Positions 41,826 through 56,362 of a DNA stretch of 64,000 bases are shown here, piece by piece. The DNA is from Eledone cirrhosa (lineage: Eukaryota). How positions within the stretch are numbered: position 1 is the stretch's first letter; every line of letters starts with the position of its first letter. Position numbers and translations under genes: made by a program. The stretch is from the NCBI GenBank assembly GCA_964016885.1, contig OZ024745.1, positions 76,508,001 to 76,572,000 of the forward strand, written 5' to 3'. The notes beneath the pieces are model-generated. The model saw nothing but the letters and a program-made list of their open reading frames with translations. It was not told the DNA's origin and made no database searches.

Positions 41826-41935
41826 TATATATATATATAGAAATAGAACCTTTCGTCGTACTTTTGACTAAATAAATTTTAGCCTTATAGTGGGGTTTAG
41901 AACCCTCTAAAAAATGGAAAAAGGTGAGTATTGAC

Positions 41936-42004
<69 letters not shown>

Positions 42005-42007
<3 letters not shown>

Positions 42008-42551
42008 TGGCTGCCAACTCGTTTTCGAGTACGGCCACTACTTTATATCCATGTAGGAGAACCCCTACCGATGCGTTGAACGAGTGTGACTTTTTAGTCC
42101 AGCCAGCAACTTGAAAACTCCGGCACAAACACTACACTTGTGACAATTATTGACACATAGTGCTGGGCCCATGTTACCATATGACGACAAGGGCAGAGAG
42201 ATCTCCAGATATAAAGCAATGCCTGTGCCGTGAAGCTTTTATAGTGAGGAAAGGCACTGCACAAAGTCAGTCACACTCTCTTAACCAAGATGATATTTAC
42301 CAAAAAGAACAAGTCAACATCATTGGATACCATCAGGGTTGCAGATGTTATATCAGAGTTTTCCTTCTCCTAGAATTCTGCCTTGACAAAGGCTAAGGGG
42401 TCATCTCTCCCGGTGATTTTGGATGGCCATTGACTCTTAAGAGGTCCTTTGCCCTTTGACAGGTTTTGTTTTTAGTCCTGCAGAATGTCCAAAGTCACCC
42501 TCCTCACCAAGAAACCTTGGTGGGATTGCCAGTTCAGTCGCCAACGACCCG
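42005..42551 (-). mobile_element. Non-autonomous RTE-derived element, copy 1
   Basis: Contains the RTE-type 5' UTR motif CTAGGAGAAGGAAAACTCTG on minus. Highly similar to 44558-45131. TA on both sides. Confidence 0.75.
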
Positions 42552-42556
42552 ATATA

Positions 42557-42591
<35 letters not shown>

Positions 42592-42952
42592 GTCTTATAT
42601 ATGTGTGTGTGTCTGTGTGTGTGTCTACACTGAAACACACACAGACATTCATGGATCATTGAGAAGGAATGTTGTTTACATTTAAAACCATGTATAATTT
42701 ATCATTTTCTGTCATGGTCGTCACCACCCTTCTGCTCCTCAACATGGGGAAATTCTTCGTCGGTGTAGTTGTCGTCAATGATACATGTCTTTCAATCCCA
42801 CCCAGTGCCGCTTAATTCTATACGCATGCGCTTATATGTATCCGTAGGTTTGATTGAAATTAATGCACGGGATGACCACGTTCAGAGCGCAATTCGATTC
42901 TGTAATTCCAAGGCTATACATATATATATATATATGTATGTGTGTTTGTTTG

Positions 42953-43052
<100 letters not shown>

Positions 43053-43789
43053 ACTCCTGGATTCAATCGGGAGTAACCTCAGCAGGTAAGATACTCAATA
43101 CATGAGTAGAGTGTAAACATCATGTTTAATATATAAATTACTAGAACTGTTTCATTAAAGAAAATCACCAGGAAAGACTTTCCTGATGATTTCTTCTGAA
43201 TGAGATACTTCTAGTCCTGTAGAAACCATTTCTACATTGAAAATTATATATATATATACATATATGTGTGTGTGTGTGTGTGCGTGTTTATATGATCCAA
43301 GTCTCCCTATAGCAAATCCTTATACCGAAACTTTAAATATGTGCAATTTGGTTTTCAGTAACCACAAATCATCCACATCGCTCGAGATTCTTTGACAGAG
43401 TGGTTTTCGTTGTAAAACTATGGGATGCTATTAGTTTATGAATAGCTTTGTATATGATGTATTGTATATAGAAGGATCGCCTGCTGCATCAGATCTACGC
43501 AGGGAAGACGATAAATACAATGCATCGCTATTAAACATATTTTTATTACAAACATTAGACCTATGGGAAATATTTCTCTCGTATAAACTTAATGACAATA
43601 ACCACGGCACAAAAACAATGGTTTATCTATGCGATTTAAAATTATTTTGAATGAAACACGAAATTGAATACATTCTTGCATAGTAGGAATTACTGATAAG
43701 AATATCATTGTGATTCCCACCAATATTCGGAAATGCGAGCACGCGCGCGCGCACCCACATACACATGCACTCACACATGCGGGCATATG

Positions 43790-43846
<57 letters not shown>

Positions 43847-43941
43847 ATAATAATAAATTTGAAGACTAAAATCCGTTAATGGTGAAAGCAGCGATTCTTT
43901 GCTTAAACTTTAATCTGTTATTTTAATAAATATATATATAT

Positions 43942-44136
43942 AGTTTTAATATAGATGAGATTCTACAGGACTAGAACTGTTGCATTCTTGAGAAATCATT
44001 AGATTCCTGATGATTTCTCAAGAATGAAACAGTTCTAGTCCTGTAGAATCTCATCTATATTAAAACTTTTATACTCTGCTATGTATTGAGTACCTTACTT
44101 ACTGTAGTTATCTCCGATTCAATCCGGAATAACTTA

Positions 44137-44138
<2 letters not shown>
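43942..44138 (+). mobile_element. Mini fold-back element with HHR 44001-44051; relatives at ~43062-43245 (-) and tail-only 38170-38241
   Basis: AGATTC-CTGATGA-TTTCTCAAGAAT-GAAA-CAG TTCTAGTC CTG-TA-GAATCT. IR 43942-44067. Tail stem 44072-44092. Confidence 0.85.
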
Positions 44139-44184
<46 letters not shown>

Positions 44185-44187
44185 TTT

Positions 44188-44244
<57 letters not shown>

Positions 44245-44311
44245 GTATATATACATATATATATATATGTATATATACATATATATATATATGTATATAT
44301 ACATATATATA

Positions 44312-44374
<63 letters not shown>

Positions 44375-44493
44375 GTATATATATATATGTATATATGTAT
44401 ATATATATATACATATATATGTATATATATATATGTATATATGTATATATATATATACATATATATATATGTATATATATATATGTATATATG

Positions 44494-44557
<64 letters not shown>
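44139..44557. repeat. (TA)n array with TATG/TACA units
   Basis: Direct reading. Confidence 0.97.
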
Positions 44558-44560
<3 letters not shown>

Positions 44561-45131
44561 TGGCTGCCAACTCGTTTTCGAGTACGGCCACTACTTTATA
44601 TCCATGTAAGAGAACCCCTACCGATTCGCTGAACGAGTGTGACGTTTTAGTCCAGCCAGCGACTTGAAAACTCTGGTACAAACACTACACTTGTGACAAT
44701 TATTGACACATAGTGCTGGGCTCATGTTACCATATGACGACAAGTGTAGAGAGCTCTCCAGATATAAAGCAATGCCTGTGCCGTGAAGCTTTTATAGTGA
44801 GCAAAGGCACTGCACAAAGCCAGTCCCACTCTCTTAACCAAGATGATATTTACCAAAAAGAAGAAAAAGTCAACATCATTGGATACCATCAGGGTTGCAG
44901 GTATTATATCAGAGTTTTCCTTCTCCTAGAATTCTGCCTTGACAAAAGCTAAGGGGTCATCTCTCCTGGTGATTTTGGATGGCCATTGACTCTTAAGAGC
45001 TCCTTTGCCCTTTGACAGGTTTTTTTTTGTCCTGCAGGATGTCCAAAGTCACCCTCCTCCCTCACCAAGAAACCTTGGTGGGGTTGCCAGTTTAGTCGCC
45101 AACGACCCGACCATGAGACAGGTTGTACTGA
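44558..45131 (-). mobile_element. Non-autonomous RTE-derived element, copy 2
   Basis: As copy 1, but ~20 nt longer at the 5' end. Confidence 0.75.
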
Positions 45132-45163
<32 letters not shown>

Positions 45164-46622
45164 CAAGGGAGGTGGAACTGGGGTGGTGGTGGTGTAGGGG
45201 GAGACCATGGCGCACCAAATAGTTATGTTTTTCTCCTCAAACTACCATAACACACAACTATATTTATATACGCTACAATTTATGTTCATGTTATGTAGAG
45301 ACAGATGGGAGAGATAGATATAGATATGGAGAGAGGTATTGGGAGAGTGTTGCATGGTAGATACAGAGAGGGTGAGAGTTTGGTTTTAATTGATATAGAG
45401 AGGGGGATTGGAAGAGAGTCCCGTGTAGTAGATAAAGAGAGGGTGAGAGTTTAGTGGTGTTTGATATACAGAGGGTCATTTGGAAATCCCCCTCTGTATA
45501 AAGCTGTAGGCTTTGTATTCCCTCTACCTTGACAGGAACGAAGGTGGACATGTTATCCCATATATATATAAGAGAAGAAGTTTTATACACAACCGTTCTT
45601 TGATTCTCACTCTCACTTTCTGCCTACTTCATACGTATCAAATAATTCACTTACATTTACTAAGAAAGGGGAGCATATGCAAGTGTTTGTTGTGTGTGTA
45701 TGTGTATATGTGTATGAGTATATGTACATGTTTCCGATATTAAATATACTCACTCACAAAACACGCACATGCACAGACATACACATATGCATGCACACAC
45801 ATAAAAGCATATGTGTGTGTATGAATTTATATATATATATATGGGATAGGATAGATTGAGGTGACGGGCGGGTTGGAATAGGAAAAAATGTCTTTAGATA
45901 AAAATAACAGGTCCATTCATGTTGACATCGAAACGTTAAGACCCTCTTCCTGCTATATCAAGCGTTAACCTAATATATCCCTTCCATTGTACCGATTGTG
46001 TTGTTATTTCTGTTTACATTTTACATATATATACACACACACACACACACACATATATATATCAACGCTTACGTGGACCTCTCAAAATTCGTTGGATTTT
46101 CTAATTGGATTTTCACCCCGAAACTGGATACCAACCCGGAGTACACCTGAACTTCCACCAGGAAATCTTTCGTATCATGGAAATTTTCTTTGCTTCTTAT
46201 ATATATATAGTGGTAAAAAACCGGGAGGTGATATTCAAAGTTAGTAGAGCACTGAGTCCAGAGGACCAATTCAGAATAGAGTTTGTTCAACAACGAATAA
46301 GCAAAGTATACTTGAGAATACGCATTTAATAATTGTTTCTACTTTTGGCACAAGGCCAGCAATTACCCAGTGCATTACTGGTACTTTTTTTTCTTGACCC
46401 CGAACATAACTAAAAGTAATTAGTTCATATAAAATAAATTATATATATATTTTAAATAGGTGGGTTTGCAAAGCGAGAGTCTGCATTCGATAAGGTGGTA
46501 AATGCTGTTCCAAATACATTCTCTAAAAAAGAAGTGATTTGGTTGTCACAACTGGGATATCTTTAAAATTAAGTCTTTGCAGTAGCAACTAACCAAAGAC
46601 TAAATAAGTACAACACATTTAC

Positions 46623-46820
46623 AATAATTGTTTCTACTATAGGCACAAGGGCAGCAATTTGAAGGGGAGGGGAAAGTGGATTAGATCGACTTAGTGCATT
46701 ACTGGTGCTTTATTTATCGATCCCATAAGGATGAAAAGTAAAGCTAACCTCGATGAGATTTTAACTCAAAATGTAAAGGGCCATAACTCTCTGCCGTGAA
46801 GCATGGTGTCCGACGCTCCA
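46623..46820 (-). mobile_element. Older SINE A subfamily with GGGGAGGGGAAAGT segment (young fragment nearby at 46330-46401)
   Basis: Diverged match to the family core. Confidence 0.8.
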
Positions 46821-47649
46821 CGAAAAACTGAAAGACGACCATAAAAACAGTGCAATGATAAATTTGGAATCAAATCATGTTAATCATTAAATCACTAGAA
46901 AATGACAAGAAAAAACTTCGCAACAACATGTACGAAGCACAAAAGAAATAGGAAAGGAAAGAATAAAAGTTTCAGAAATCAACAGTTCAAAATTGTAATT
47001 AGGTAATTAGAAGTATGATTAATTATAGGCTAAAAAATGGTTCCAACACGAAAAGCCCGCAAGAGACCTGCATTGGTAGTAACCTTAATAATTGCTAACA
47101 CAGAAATTAAGCTTGTGTATTTTGTATTTTCTCCATAGTTCATATCTTTAGTTTCTTTTGTACTTCAGGGAATTAATGAACATTAAATCGAATTATGAAG
47201 AATTACTGTAACATCAACATTGTCATCATTTTAATAATCGTGATCCTCCTCCTCCGCCTCCTTCTCATTGACATTATCAATGACATCTTCAGTGTTGTTG
47301 ATCCGTTAATACGTCCTCATTTTACTATTTAGCGATCCCACCATTTCCACGACCCTAACCTCCATCACCAATACCACCACCGACATCACCATCACCACCA
47401 AATGAGTTTATATAATAAAGGCTAACAGCAACAAATCTTTAACTATGATCTAAAAGTACATCACCACCATTGACCTTGTAATAATCGCCAGCATTATCAT
47501 TATATGGTTCAATATGTTTTATTTCCCGTACTGGATTGAATCCTATGAGATTGCAGGAAAACCTAATAATCCTTTTTCTACATCAAATCCTACGATGAGC
47601 TTTTGTTTGACATAGAAAAGTGATAAATCTAAAAATAACAGCCAAATTC

Positions 47650-47900
47650 ACTCTTCTCCTGCAGCAACCTGGTCCAGTCTGCGACTAACCCAGGCTCTGC
47701 TGCACTTCCGACAGGTTTGTGGTCGAGTCCGTGGTAGTGAAGACGTCTGGTGTTCTTGGTCCTAGGGCCACCTCCCTGCTCACCACCATCGGCACAGAAT
47801 TGGCTTCCCGCAGGTGCGAGCCTCATGAGCTGGAATGGCTTTTCCAGTGCGTCTCCCTCACCATCCTCCGAGGAAACGCCTTCTCTATTCTGTCCGTCGG
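47650..47900 (+). pseudogene. CRE-like non-LTR retrotransposon, restriction-like endonuclease C-terminus
   Basis: VVKTSGVLGPRATSLLTTIGTELASRRCEPHELEWLFQCVSLTILRGNAFSIL resembles 'E..G..G......LG..LA.......L.QR.S....RGNA..IL'. Confidence 0.7.
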
Positions 47901-47919
47901 GGCCACGGGGTGGCCAGTG

Positions 47920-48270
47920 CTTGGGCCAACACTTACCTGTGATGATGAATCTTGGTTAATGGCCGAAAGAATACGACTGAGAATAAAAGCGGCCGAAATG
48001 GGTTTCCTCCGAGAGTCTTTGGAGTAACGATACGCGATAGAGTGCGTAACGCGGAGATCAGAGAGTCACTCATGGTAGAGCTGCTTCATCTCCGAATTGA
48101 AAGATCACAGTTCCGATACTATGGGCATGTGGTTAGAATATCTCAGAAAGGAATCGCCGGACAGATTTTACAGGCTAATCTAATTGGCAGGAGATCCAGA
48201 GGTAGACCTCGATGAAGATGGATGGACAACATCCGGATCAGTTGGAAACAGTTGCTTCTGATATGACCCG
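47920..48270 (+). pseudogene. RTE-clade LINE 3' coding end, frameshifted
   Basis: PTLTCDDESW...RIKAAEMGFLR / RVFGVTIRDRVRN.EIRESL...IERSQFRYYGHVVR...GRRSRGRPR*RWMD. Confidence 0.88.
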
Positions 48271-50140
48271 CTGAAAGGAGTGTTTGAGGAATAAGTGGGT
48301 GAAAAAGAAGAGAAGAACTGAACTGTATACCAGAGGTATAATACCAGAGATTACTTTACGGATAATAAATACAAATGCACTATTATTTCAGATATGCAAT
48401 AATGTTGATCCACCAAGCTTATCCGAGCAATTAGCAGACCCCCCCCCCCAAAAAAAAAAAAAACAGTTAGTGTGTTTTAGAGATAAGAGCAACAAGAACG
48501 GAATATAAATAAGTGACCAGCTAGTCGAAATTCTAAGACAATACAAAGAATCCCTTTGAGAGTGGATCTTGCCTTTAAATCTATTCTAATCTAGAGTGTC
48601 AGTATTTTCATAAAGTTCTATTCAGTTGATCTTATTGGATTTAATTTCTTGCTTGTTGCTATTAGATTTAAAATACCTCAAAATTGAGAATTTTGTCTAA
48701 TCTTAGTTAATTGATTAAAAAAAATATTATGTTATATATATGAAAATCTATAGTATTTTTATTTAGTACGCATAATGCATACTAAATGATCTCCAATGTC
48801 TTTAATAGAGAAATGTAAACAAATCTCGGACTTGCTTTATCTGAAGCTTGGCATTCATTTACTAACACTCCGCGCAAAATTAATATTGATATACTATAGA
48901 AAACTGCGATACATAAATACAATTACGGCACATGGAAGTTGCCAAAACGGAACCTTATATTTCAGAAATTCTTTCTTGACAACATTGTATGATGTGTAAG
49001 AGAGGACTGATGCAATTGATCGAATCATATTCATTATTGTTTGAAGTAGAATGCCGTCAGCTGTAAAAACATTATCTTTTCCCTGTCAGTACTGTTTGAT
49101 AACTGTTCAACCACGATTCTGCATAAAACGGAATCGATCAACTTCGTGCAAGCTGCTAGACCTTTTTGATGAAATAACCAAATGATATAAAATGAAATGG
49201 AGCTAGTCGTCAGATCGGACCAAGGAAATAATGTTTTTATTGGTTTTCCATTGTTGAAACTATCTGGGCGTTGCAACTCCGGGCAGAAGGTAGAACGTGA
49301 AATATAGAGTTTTATTAAAAAGCACAACGCATTGCCCGGTCCAGAAATCAAAACTAGGTCCTTATGGCCACGTGTCTTCAAAGAGTAAAAGTTTCACTAA
49401 AAATCTCGTCTTGGTTCTGAAGTTCTTTCCGTCTGAGGTGCGTGGTATATTTTAACCTCACTAATGCTGAGCCGATGTCCGTGTAAATATGACGAATATT
49501 CTTGTCAGCGGTAATTTCTTTCAAAACATTTACTAAGAAATATCCCAGCCAAGACCTGATTCACAATAATCTTCCAGCTTCGTACTCCGAAAAAGACAAC
49601 TATGAGAGGCTTACTGAAATAACAGATTGCAACAAAAACATTAAGATTCTGGCATCTGAACATCGCATATTCTAATAAATATCAAACCACATATCCTTTT
49701 AAAAGAGAAGGATCAAATATTTCCTTTTTCCATCGAACAATTCTAATCTGCATTCGCCGCAACATTGCACTACATTATTAAATATAGTTGGCTTTCATCC
49801 TTATGGGGTTGATAAAATAAAGTACGAGTAATACACTGGGTAATTGCTGGCCTTGTGCCAAAAGTAGAAACAATTAGTAAATATAGTTATTAAAAGTGAC
49901 TTTCTACATTATGTATAATACAGGAAAATAACCTCTTTATTTGTAATGCTACATAATTTATATGAACATTTCAGAATTTCTCCTTTGTCTAACTAAAAAA
50001 AGGATATTAGCATCTGTTTCCTTATTGGTGTAATATAAACAAATCAATGTCAATTTTTTTCCCAAGGCCCATTAGTATGTATTTCGAATATCGATAGAAA
50101 TGTATTTATACTCAACAATAACAATACGAATAATTATATT

Positions 50141-50202
<62 letters not shown>

Positions 50203-51879
50203 GTATAAACAACAGCGTTTCATACACTTAACATCTTAACATGTATGTGTGCTACAATTGGTTTCGGGGTTGACTTATGGCTACCACTGTATATTGGAGT
50301 AGGCTCTTTTAAACTAGCCCATCTTTTGAGCATGTGGACATATATATAAAAACAAAGAGGGTGTAGTAAGATACCAGGTGGACCATAACGCACCAGAGTA
50401 CTCAATACTTAGGGTAATAGAGTGGGTAATAGGAAAAAAGTCAGGACTCCGGCCGTTTCGACAGCTACTGTCGAAACGGCCGGAGCTCAGCCGGATATTG
50501 TTGTTCTGAATATATATATAAACGTATGTAAAAGATTTCAAACTTGGTTATATATTGTATACATTATGTGTGAATTTATTTTCTAGCTTTGAAGAGAAAG
50601 AAATATCTCATTTTCCTTAAGTATTTGATTAAATTCTTTAGCAGTTTTAAGTCATCGTTACGTCTTAGAAATAGTTAATGGAATGTAAATATTACCTCGT
50701 GATAAAAAATACATATTTAACTTTACCTGTTTTCGTAACACCAAACTTGCTAAAATTCCACTAAAGTATATCCTTGGTACTTATTTCGTTGACCCTGGAA
50801 AAAAGAAAGGAAACACGATGTCGGTGGGATTCGAAATCAAAAGCGTAAAGCCTCTAATCCGATTCCCTACTGATCCCACTGTGACATTCACTATTATGAA
50901 ATTTGAACTATTGACAGGATCCTATATTTGATAACAGCCTGTATAGCATATGTACCAAACACTAACAAGGTCAATGTTTATTAAAATATTTCGCGCGATT
51001 TTCTTGTTAATAACAGACATCCGGATATTGCTGTTCTGAATAGATATGATGGATTTTACTTTATGCGAGATAATGTATTAACTCAGTATATTATAATGGC
51101 TTGCACATGAATTAGTGAAATAGTGTATGATAATAAAATACATACATAAAACTGGGATATTGTTTAGTGATCTCATAATCACATGTTTTAAATCTTTAAG
51201 GCAAAGGCTCGTAAGCGCTAGAAGTGATTCACACTGATATTAACGATTTTATTCTTGACAGAAGTAAATAGGAAATTTGACAACTCTGCAGATTTACTAT
51301 TGACTTTGCTAGTAGTATAATAAATTAGCAGAAGCTATAAAGCATTGTGCTAGATGTTTTGCAGCCATTATCAAAGAAGTAGCAATTTTTCTACAGAAAT
51401 AAACGCCGAGCAGTATTTAGTTTTGTTCATGTAAGTTCTGCATTGGGTGTTTGCTATTCCATGCTAGTAGGGCCAATAAAACAATTAACAGGAACATATT
51501 TATGCTGATTCTAACGAGTATAATTAACATCCTACAAAAAATTGGTCCTATGCATCATCTAAAGACATAATGTAAGCAAGAGATATTCAGTCGAGCAAGT
51601 TCGTATCTGGTTTCCAGTACTTATTTATGTATTTCACTTAATAATACCTTTCTCTATTTAGTGTCTTAAAACAATTATTTATTCACCCCGATGTATAATT
51701 CACAATATGCAGCACATTTCTCAATAGGCACCTCAGATTCATGAAATTACGAGTTAGCTTTAGTACCAAGGATGAAAGAGGAATCCATCCAGTGAGATAG
51801 GACAAATTGAAATTCAACTTTAATTTTAAAAGTGGAATTGATTAGTAAACTTGATATTTCGCACTATACATTAGAGCAT

Positions 51880-52625
51880 AAATAATCTGTTTGTCCGACT
51901 CCCACATTGAATGGTTTCGACTTAGCACTATATATCCGAACACGAAGAATAGGACATTCGTTTAGAGATATCAGGGCAACTAGAAGTTGCCTATCGATCC
52001 CATACTCCAGCAGAACCTTCCACAGCAGGTCCCGTATAACGAGGTTGTATGACTTTTCGAAGTCTACGAAGAAAGCATATCCCTCTTGGCAGTACTCCCG
52101 TGATTTCTCAAACACCTGTCGCAGTGTGAATATTTGGACGACTGTGCTACGCCCGGGGCTAAACCACACTGTTCATCAGCTAGCTTAGACTCGACAGTTA
52201 CCCCATATCTCTTTGCCAGATACTTAGCATAGACTTTATTGGAGAGGCTTAACAAAGAGATCCCTCTATGAGTGGAGCAATCTCCCTCGTCTTCCATTTT
52301 GAAAATTTGGATTATCACACCCGATTGTCATTGCTTAGGTGCCTTCCCTGAGATCCAGGTTACCCGACACACAGGTCAGCCTGAGAATACCTTCTCTATT
52401 TAAGACTTTTAACATCTTGGGCTGAATTTCCCTAGTGGACTTGCCACGCTTGAGATCTTTAATTGCTCTTGTGTCTTTAGCCTCCGAAAGATAAGTCATC
52501 GCTCCCAGCTGCTTCTCATGTAGATTAGAAGATGCTGTTGTGACCCAGATTAGGAGATCAGTAAAATATTTTCTCCAACTCACGAGGATAGTCAGTTGAC
52601 AGCTCAGACCCTCTCTTAACATGAA
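51880..52625 (-). pseudogene. RTE-clade LINE reverse transcriptase fragment
   Basis: DCSTHRGISLLSLSNKVYA...EQCG / FSPGRSTVVQIFTLRQVFEK...FVDFEKSYNLV.R..LW..L.EYG...PFNVGVG. Confidence 0.9.
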
Positions 52626-52629
52626 CATC

Positions 52630-54480
52630 TAGCACAGAATCGAGACAAAAGAAAAGAGATTAGAGACAAGAACAAAACCAGTTATTGATCTATGTCCTCG
52701 ATTCTATGGATGTCTTTGTGAAGGTGTTAATAATAGAGAAATCCTAAATACGAAACTCAAGACAACAATAGAATAAAACTGGAAATAATCCAAGAACTCC
52801 AAATAATAGATCTCTTCATTGACCAAAGAATACACATATCAAAAATAAAATATAATAAAATATCAACAATTATGAAGAAACGCTAATCATAGACATAATA
52901 AACACAAATAGAAGCATTCGTATCACAAAGGTTAAATAACATAATATGTGTAGCAGTCGCTGTTTTTCCAAAGATAGTGGGTACCTCCTTAGATCTACGA
53001 AACCCTCACAAATATGGAAATCAAAGATGCAAAAAAAAAAGGGGAAAATATAAGAAATTAATTCCCAATGCTAAATCAAATAGGAAATAAAATAAAACTG
53101 GGAATATCAAAGAAAATAAAAATACAAAAGAAATATGATATAACAGAAAAGGAAATCTTGGAGACTAAAGGAATGCCTGAAATAATAAATATTTGCAAAG
53201 GCATAGAGAACTGGGGATATGAAAAGTGACAACAGATTTTGAACAAAACCAGCTATTTCAATCCAACTCACGAATTTAATAGCAGTAAAATAGACGTAAA
53301 TTTAGTTCCGAATTTATAAGAAATAGAAGAGTTCTGGATGAATATGGGCAGAAGGAGAAGAGAAATTATTACAAAACTAGCAAGAACAATGAACACAACT
53401 GCGGGAAGATATTACAACAGATAGTGTATCTAACACACTGAAAAAATGAAATAGCTGGAAGGAACCGGGGTATGACAAGATCCCCAACTTTGGTATGAAA
53501 TATTTAGCAGGGATACATGGTTACTGGCAAAAGAAACTTTAATGAGTTGCTGACAGAGCCAGAAAAAACACCTGACTGGCTGACTAAAGGGAAAAACTAT
53601 CCTGATCTTCAAGAATAATGATACCCACGAAAACCACTGGTCAATAACATGCCTTCCTACTACATACACACTTTAACTGCACTAGCTTTGCAGAAAATGA
53701 CTTGAATTTCATGCTAAAATAATGGCAAGAAAAAGCCTTACATCACCAATAACTAAAAATAGCTGTATAGTGATGAACTAGACAAACAAAACTCCCAAAA
53801 CTGATTACGAAGCGCTGGACTAAAAGCCTAGACTGAAGTATTTCTAATCGCAGCAATAGACCAAATCTTGCCTACTAGAAATCACCAGAAGTGCACAATG
53901 AAGCAGAACACAGTAAGTAACTGCAGAATATGTGGAGGTGGGGAAGAGACAATTAACCATTTTATCTGTGACTGCCCAGTCTTCGCCAAAAAGTAATATA
54001 TCTACAGACATGATAGTATTGGGACTTACATACACTGTAAGTTATGCTAATACTATGAAATTAACAGAAAAAAAGGATGCGACAGAAAAGGTGTCACAAA
54101 ATAACAAAGCAACTATACTCTGGGGTACACAGAAAAGGAGATCAAAGCCATCCGACTGGATATTATAGTTAGAGACCACAAAGAAGCAATATCTTGTAAT
54201 TGATGTAACATTGCTCACAAGGAAATGGAGAAATTATCAAAATATAAAGATTTAACAATAGAAATAACCCGAAAATAAATGATGAAAACAGAAACAATAC
54301 CGATAATAATAGGTGCCATGGGAGTGATAAAAAACACACAGACAGATAACACAAACCTCAAGACCCACAAACATATGCAGCTTACAAAAATAGAATAGCA
54401 AGCAATGCACATATATTACAAAGAGTAGTCTCAATTTAATAGAAACAATGCACATACCCAAGTTGCACAAAGCTGTGTTC
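52630..54480 (+). pseudogene. Decayed R4/Dong-like RLE non-LTR retrotransposon with RT core deleted
   Basis: WLTKGKTILIFK...SITCLPTTYTLLT; TEVFLIAAIDQILPTRN...CRICGGGEETINHFICDCP...RHDSIGTYIH; KYKDLTIEI...TETIPIIIGAMGVI. Confidence 0.82.
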
Positions 54481-54529
54481 GGTAGTGTAGTGACAACATG
54501 CAGAAAATATAAGACTACTACTACTACTA

Positions 54530-54932
54530 ATGGTTTCAGACTTAGGCACAAGACCAGACATTTTGGGGGAGGGGAAAGTCGATTAAATCGACAAAGTTCG
54601 TTACTGGTACTCTATTTTATCGATCCCATAAGAATGAAAGGTAAAGCTAACCTCAGTAGGATTTGATCTTAGAACGTAAAGGGCCGTACCTCTATGGTAC
54701 ATAGCATGTTGTCCGGCGCCCTACCGATACTGACAATCCACAATAATAATTGTTTCTACTTTTGGCACAAGGCCAGCAATTACCCAGTGCATTACTGGTA
54801 CTTTATTTTATCGACCCCGTAAGGATGAAAGGCAAAGTTAACCTCGGCGGGATTTGAACTCAGAATGGCAAGGGCCGTAACTATGCGTCAAAGCATGGCA
54901 TCCGACCCTCTACCGATACTGCCAATCCACCG
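54530..54932 (-). mobile_element. Young SINE A (54746-54932) inserted at the head of an older SINE A (54530-54745)
   Basis: TSD GACAATCCACAATAATAAT. Confidence 0.9.
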
Positions 54933-55440
54933 ACAATCCACAATAATAATAATAATAAGAAAGAAATAGTTATTATTAGATGCGAAAATCGGGTGAGCAT
55001 GGGACAAAATATTTTCTGGCATTTAATTATGTCATTTAAAGTTTTGAGTCCCTCTATATTCAGATGTGAGTCGGCGTTTCTTTTCATCCATTTCGAGTTC
55101 ATAAAATAGATACTAATAATTTATTGTGGTCGATTAAATAGATCAAACCCGCACTCACAGTTGTGAGGTCTTGTGCTTTTGGAAGAAATCTATGTTATGT
55201 TTAGAATAAGCAAATACAACACATCGAAATGATCTATCAATCCTGGTCCTATACTTCGAATTATGTTAACATAAACGCACACATACACAGACACATTCAG
55301 ACATGCGCACACTTCTTTCTTGCATGTACACACGTCATCGCATACATCTAAATGTAAACCTGCACATACCCTCACATCTTTATTTTCATCTTGCTTCTTT
55401 ACAATTCTACTGTTCAGATAATTGGTACAATTCATATATA

Positions 55441-55535
55441 AACAACAACAACAACAACACCAACAACGACAACGACAACGGCAACAACAACAACAACAAC
55501 AACAACGTCGACAACGGCAACGACGGCGACAACAG
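55441..55535. repeat. (AAC)n/(GAC)n trinucleotide repeat
   Basis: Direct reading. Confidence 0.95.
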
Positions 55536-55931
55536 CAGCATAAGCGGCATTCGTTGGAGAAATTACAACAAAAACGTTAACAGCAACAACAAAAATGTCA
55601 ACAATACCAAGAATGATTCAAACGCCTACGATCTAGATATGATCTTGTATCTTGTACGATCATATCTAGATTGCAAAAAAGCGTGGGCTGTAATGGAGAC
55701 ATACAGGAGAGAGACGCCTGCTTCTCGTTTATATACATACCTATGTTTATACATATATGCATGGATATATACATGCAGCCACACGCACACAGGCAGACAT
55801 TGCCGTGTGTATAGGCCAGTGTGCATGATGTATTAATGTATGAATGAATGTATGATGCATATATGTATTCATGTGTATGTGTATGTTTGAGGGAGTGAGT
55901 GAGTGAGTAAGAGAGAGCGAGAGCGAGAGCG

Positions 55932-55964
<33 letters not shown>

Positions 55965-56120
55965 AGAGAGAGGGAGAGAGAGAGAGAGTAGATGAGGCCT
56001 CAGCAAGTAATAAAATGAATTAGTGGTTGCACGGTTGGATTGGTTTCCGCTGAAGCTGACTTAGTGTGATGACTGCATGGGGAATGGAAAGCTACATTCT
56101 TGGTCATTCTCTGGTAACAT

Positions 56121-56173
<53 letters not shown>

Positions 56174-56296
56174 TGAGTAAAATCGAAGTTGCGGCGCTCG
56201 GCCAGCATTCACGAAGGAAACAATATTCGGAAGCTTTGCACGAAGCACTCAATGTATATATATATGTATGTATATATATATGTATATATATGTATA

Positions 56297-56362
<66 letters not shown>

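Noticed and set aside
44072-44130. Tail as a tRNA-like element (GCTC..GAGC resembles a D-stem; GATTCAATCC resembles a T-loop)
   Set aside because: Loop sizes vary widely and the T-like arm appears in only one family, so it is not supportable as tRNA-derived.
55303-55836. 177-aa Asn-rich ORF
   Set aside because: Driven by the (AAC)n repeat; the flanks are not protein-like.
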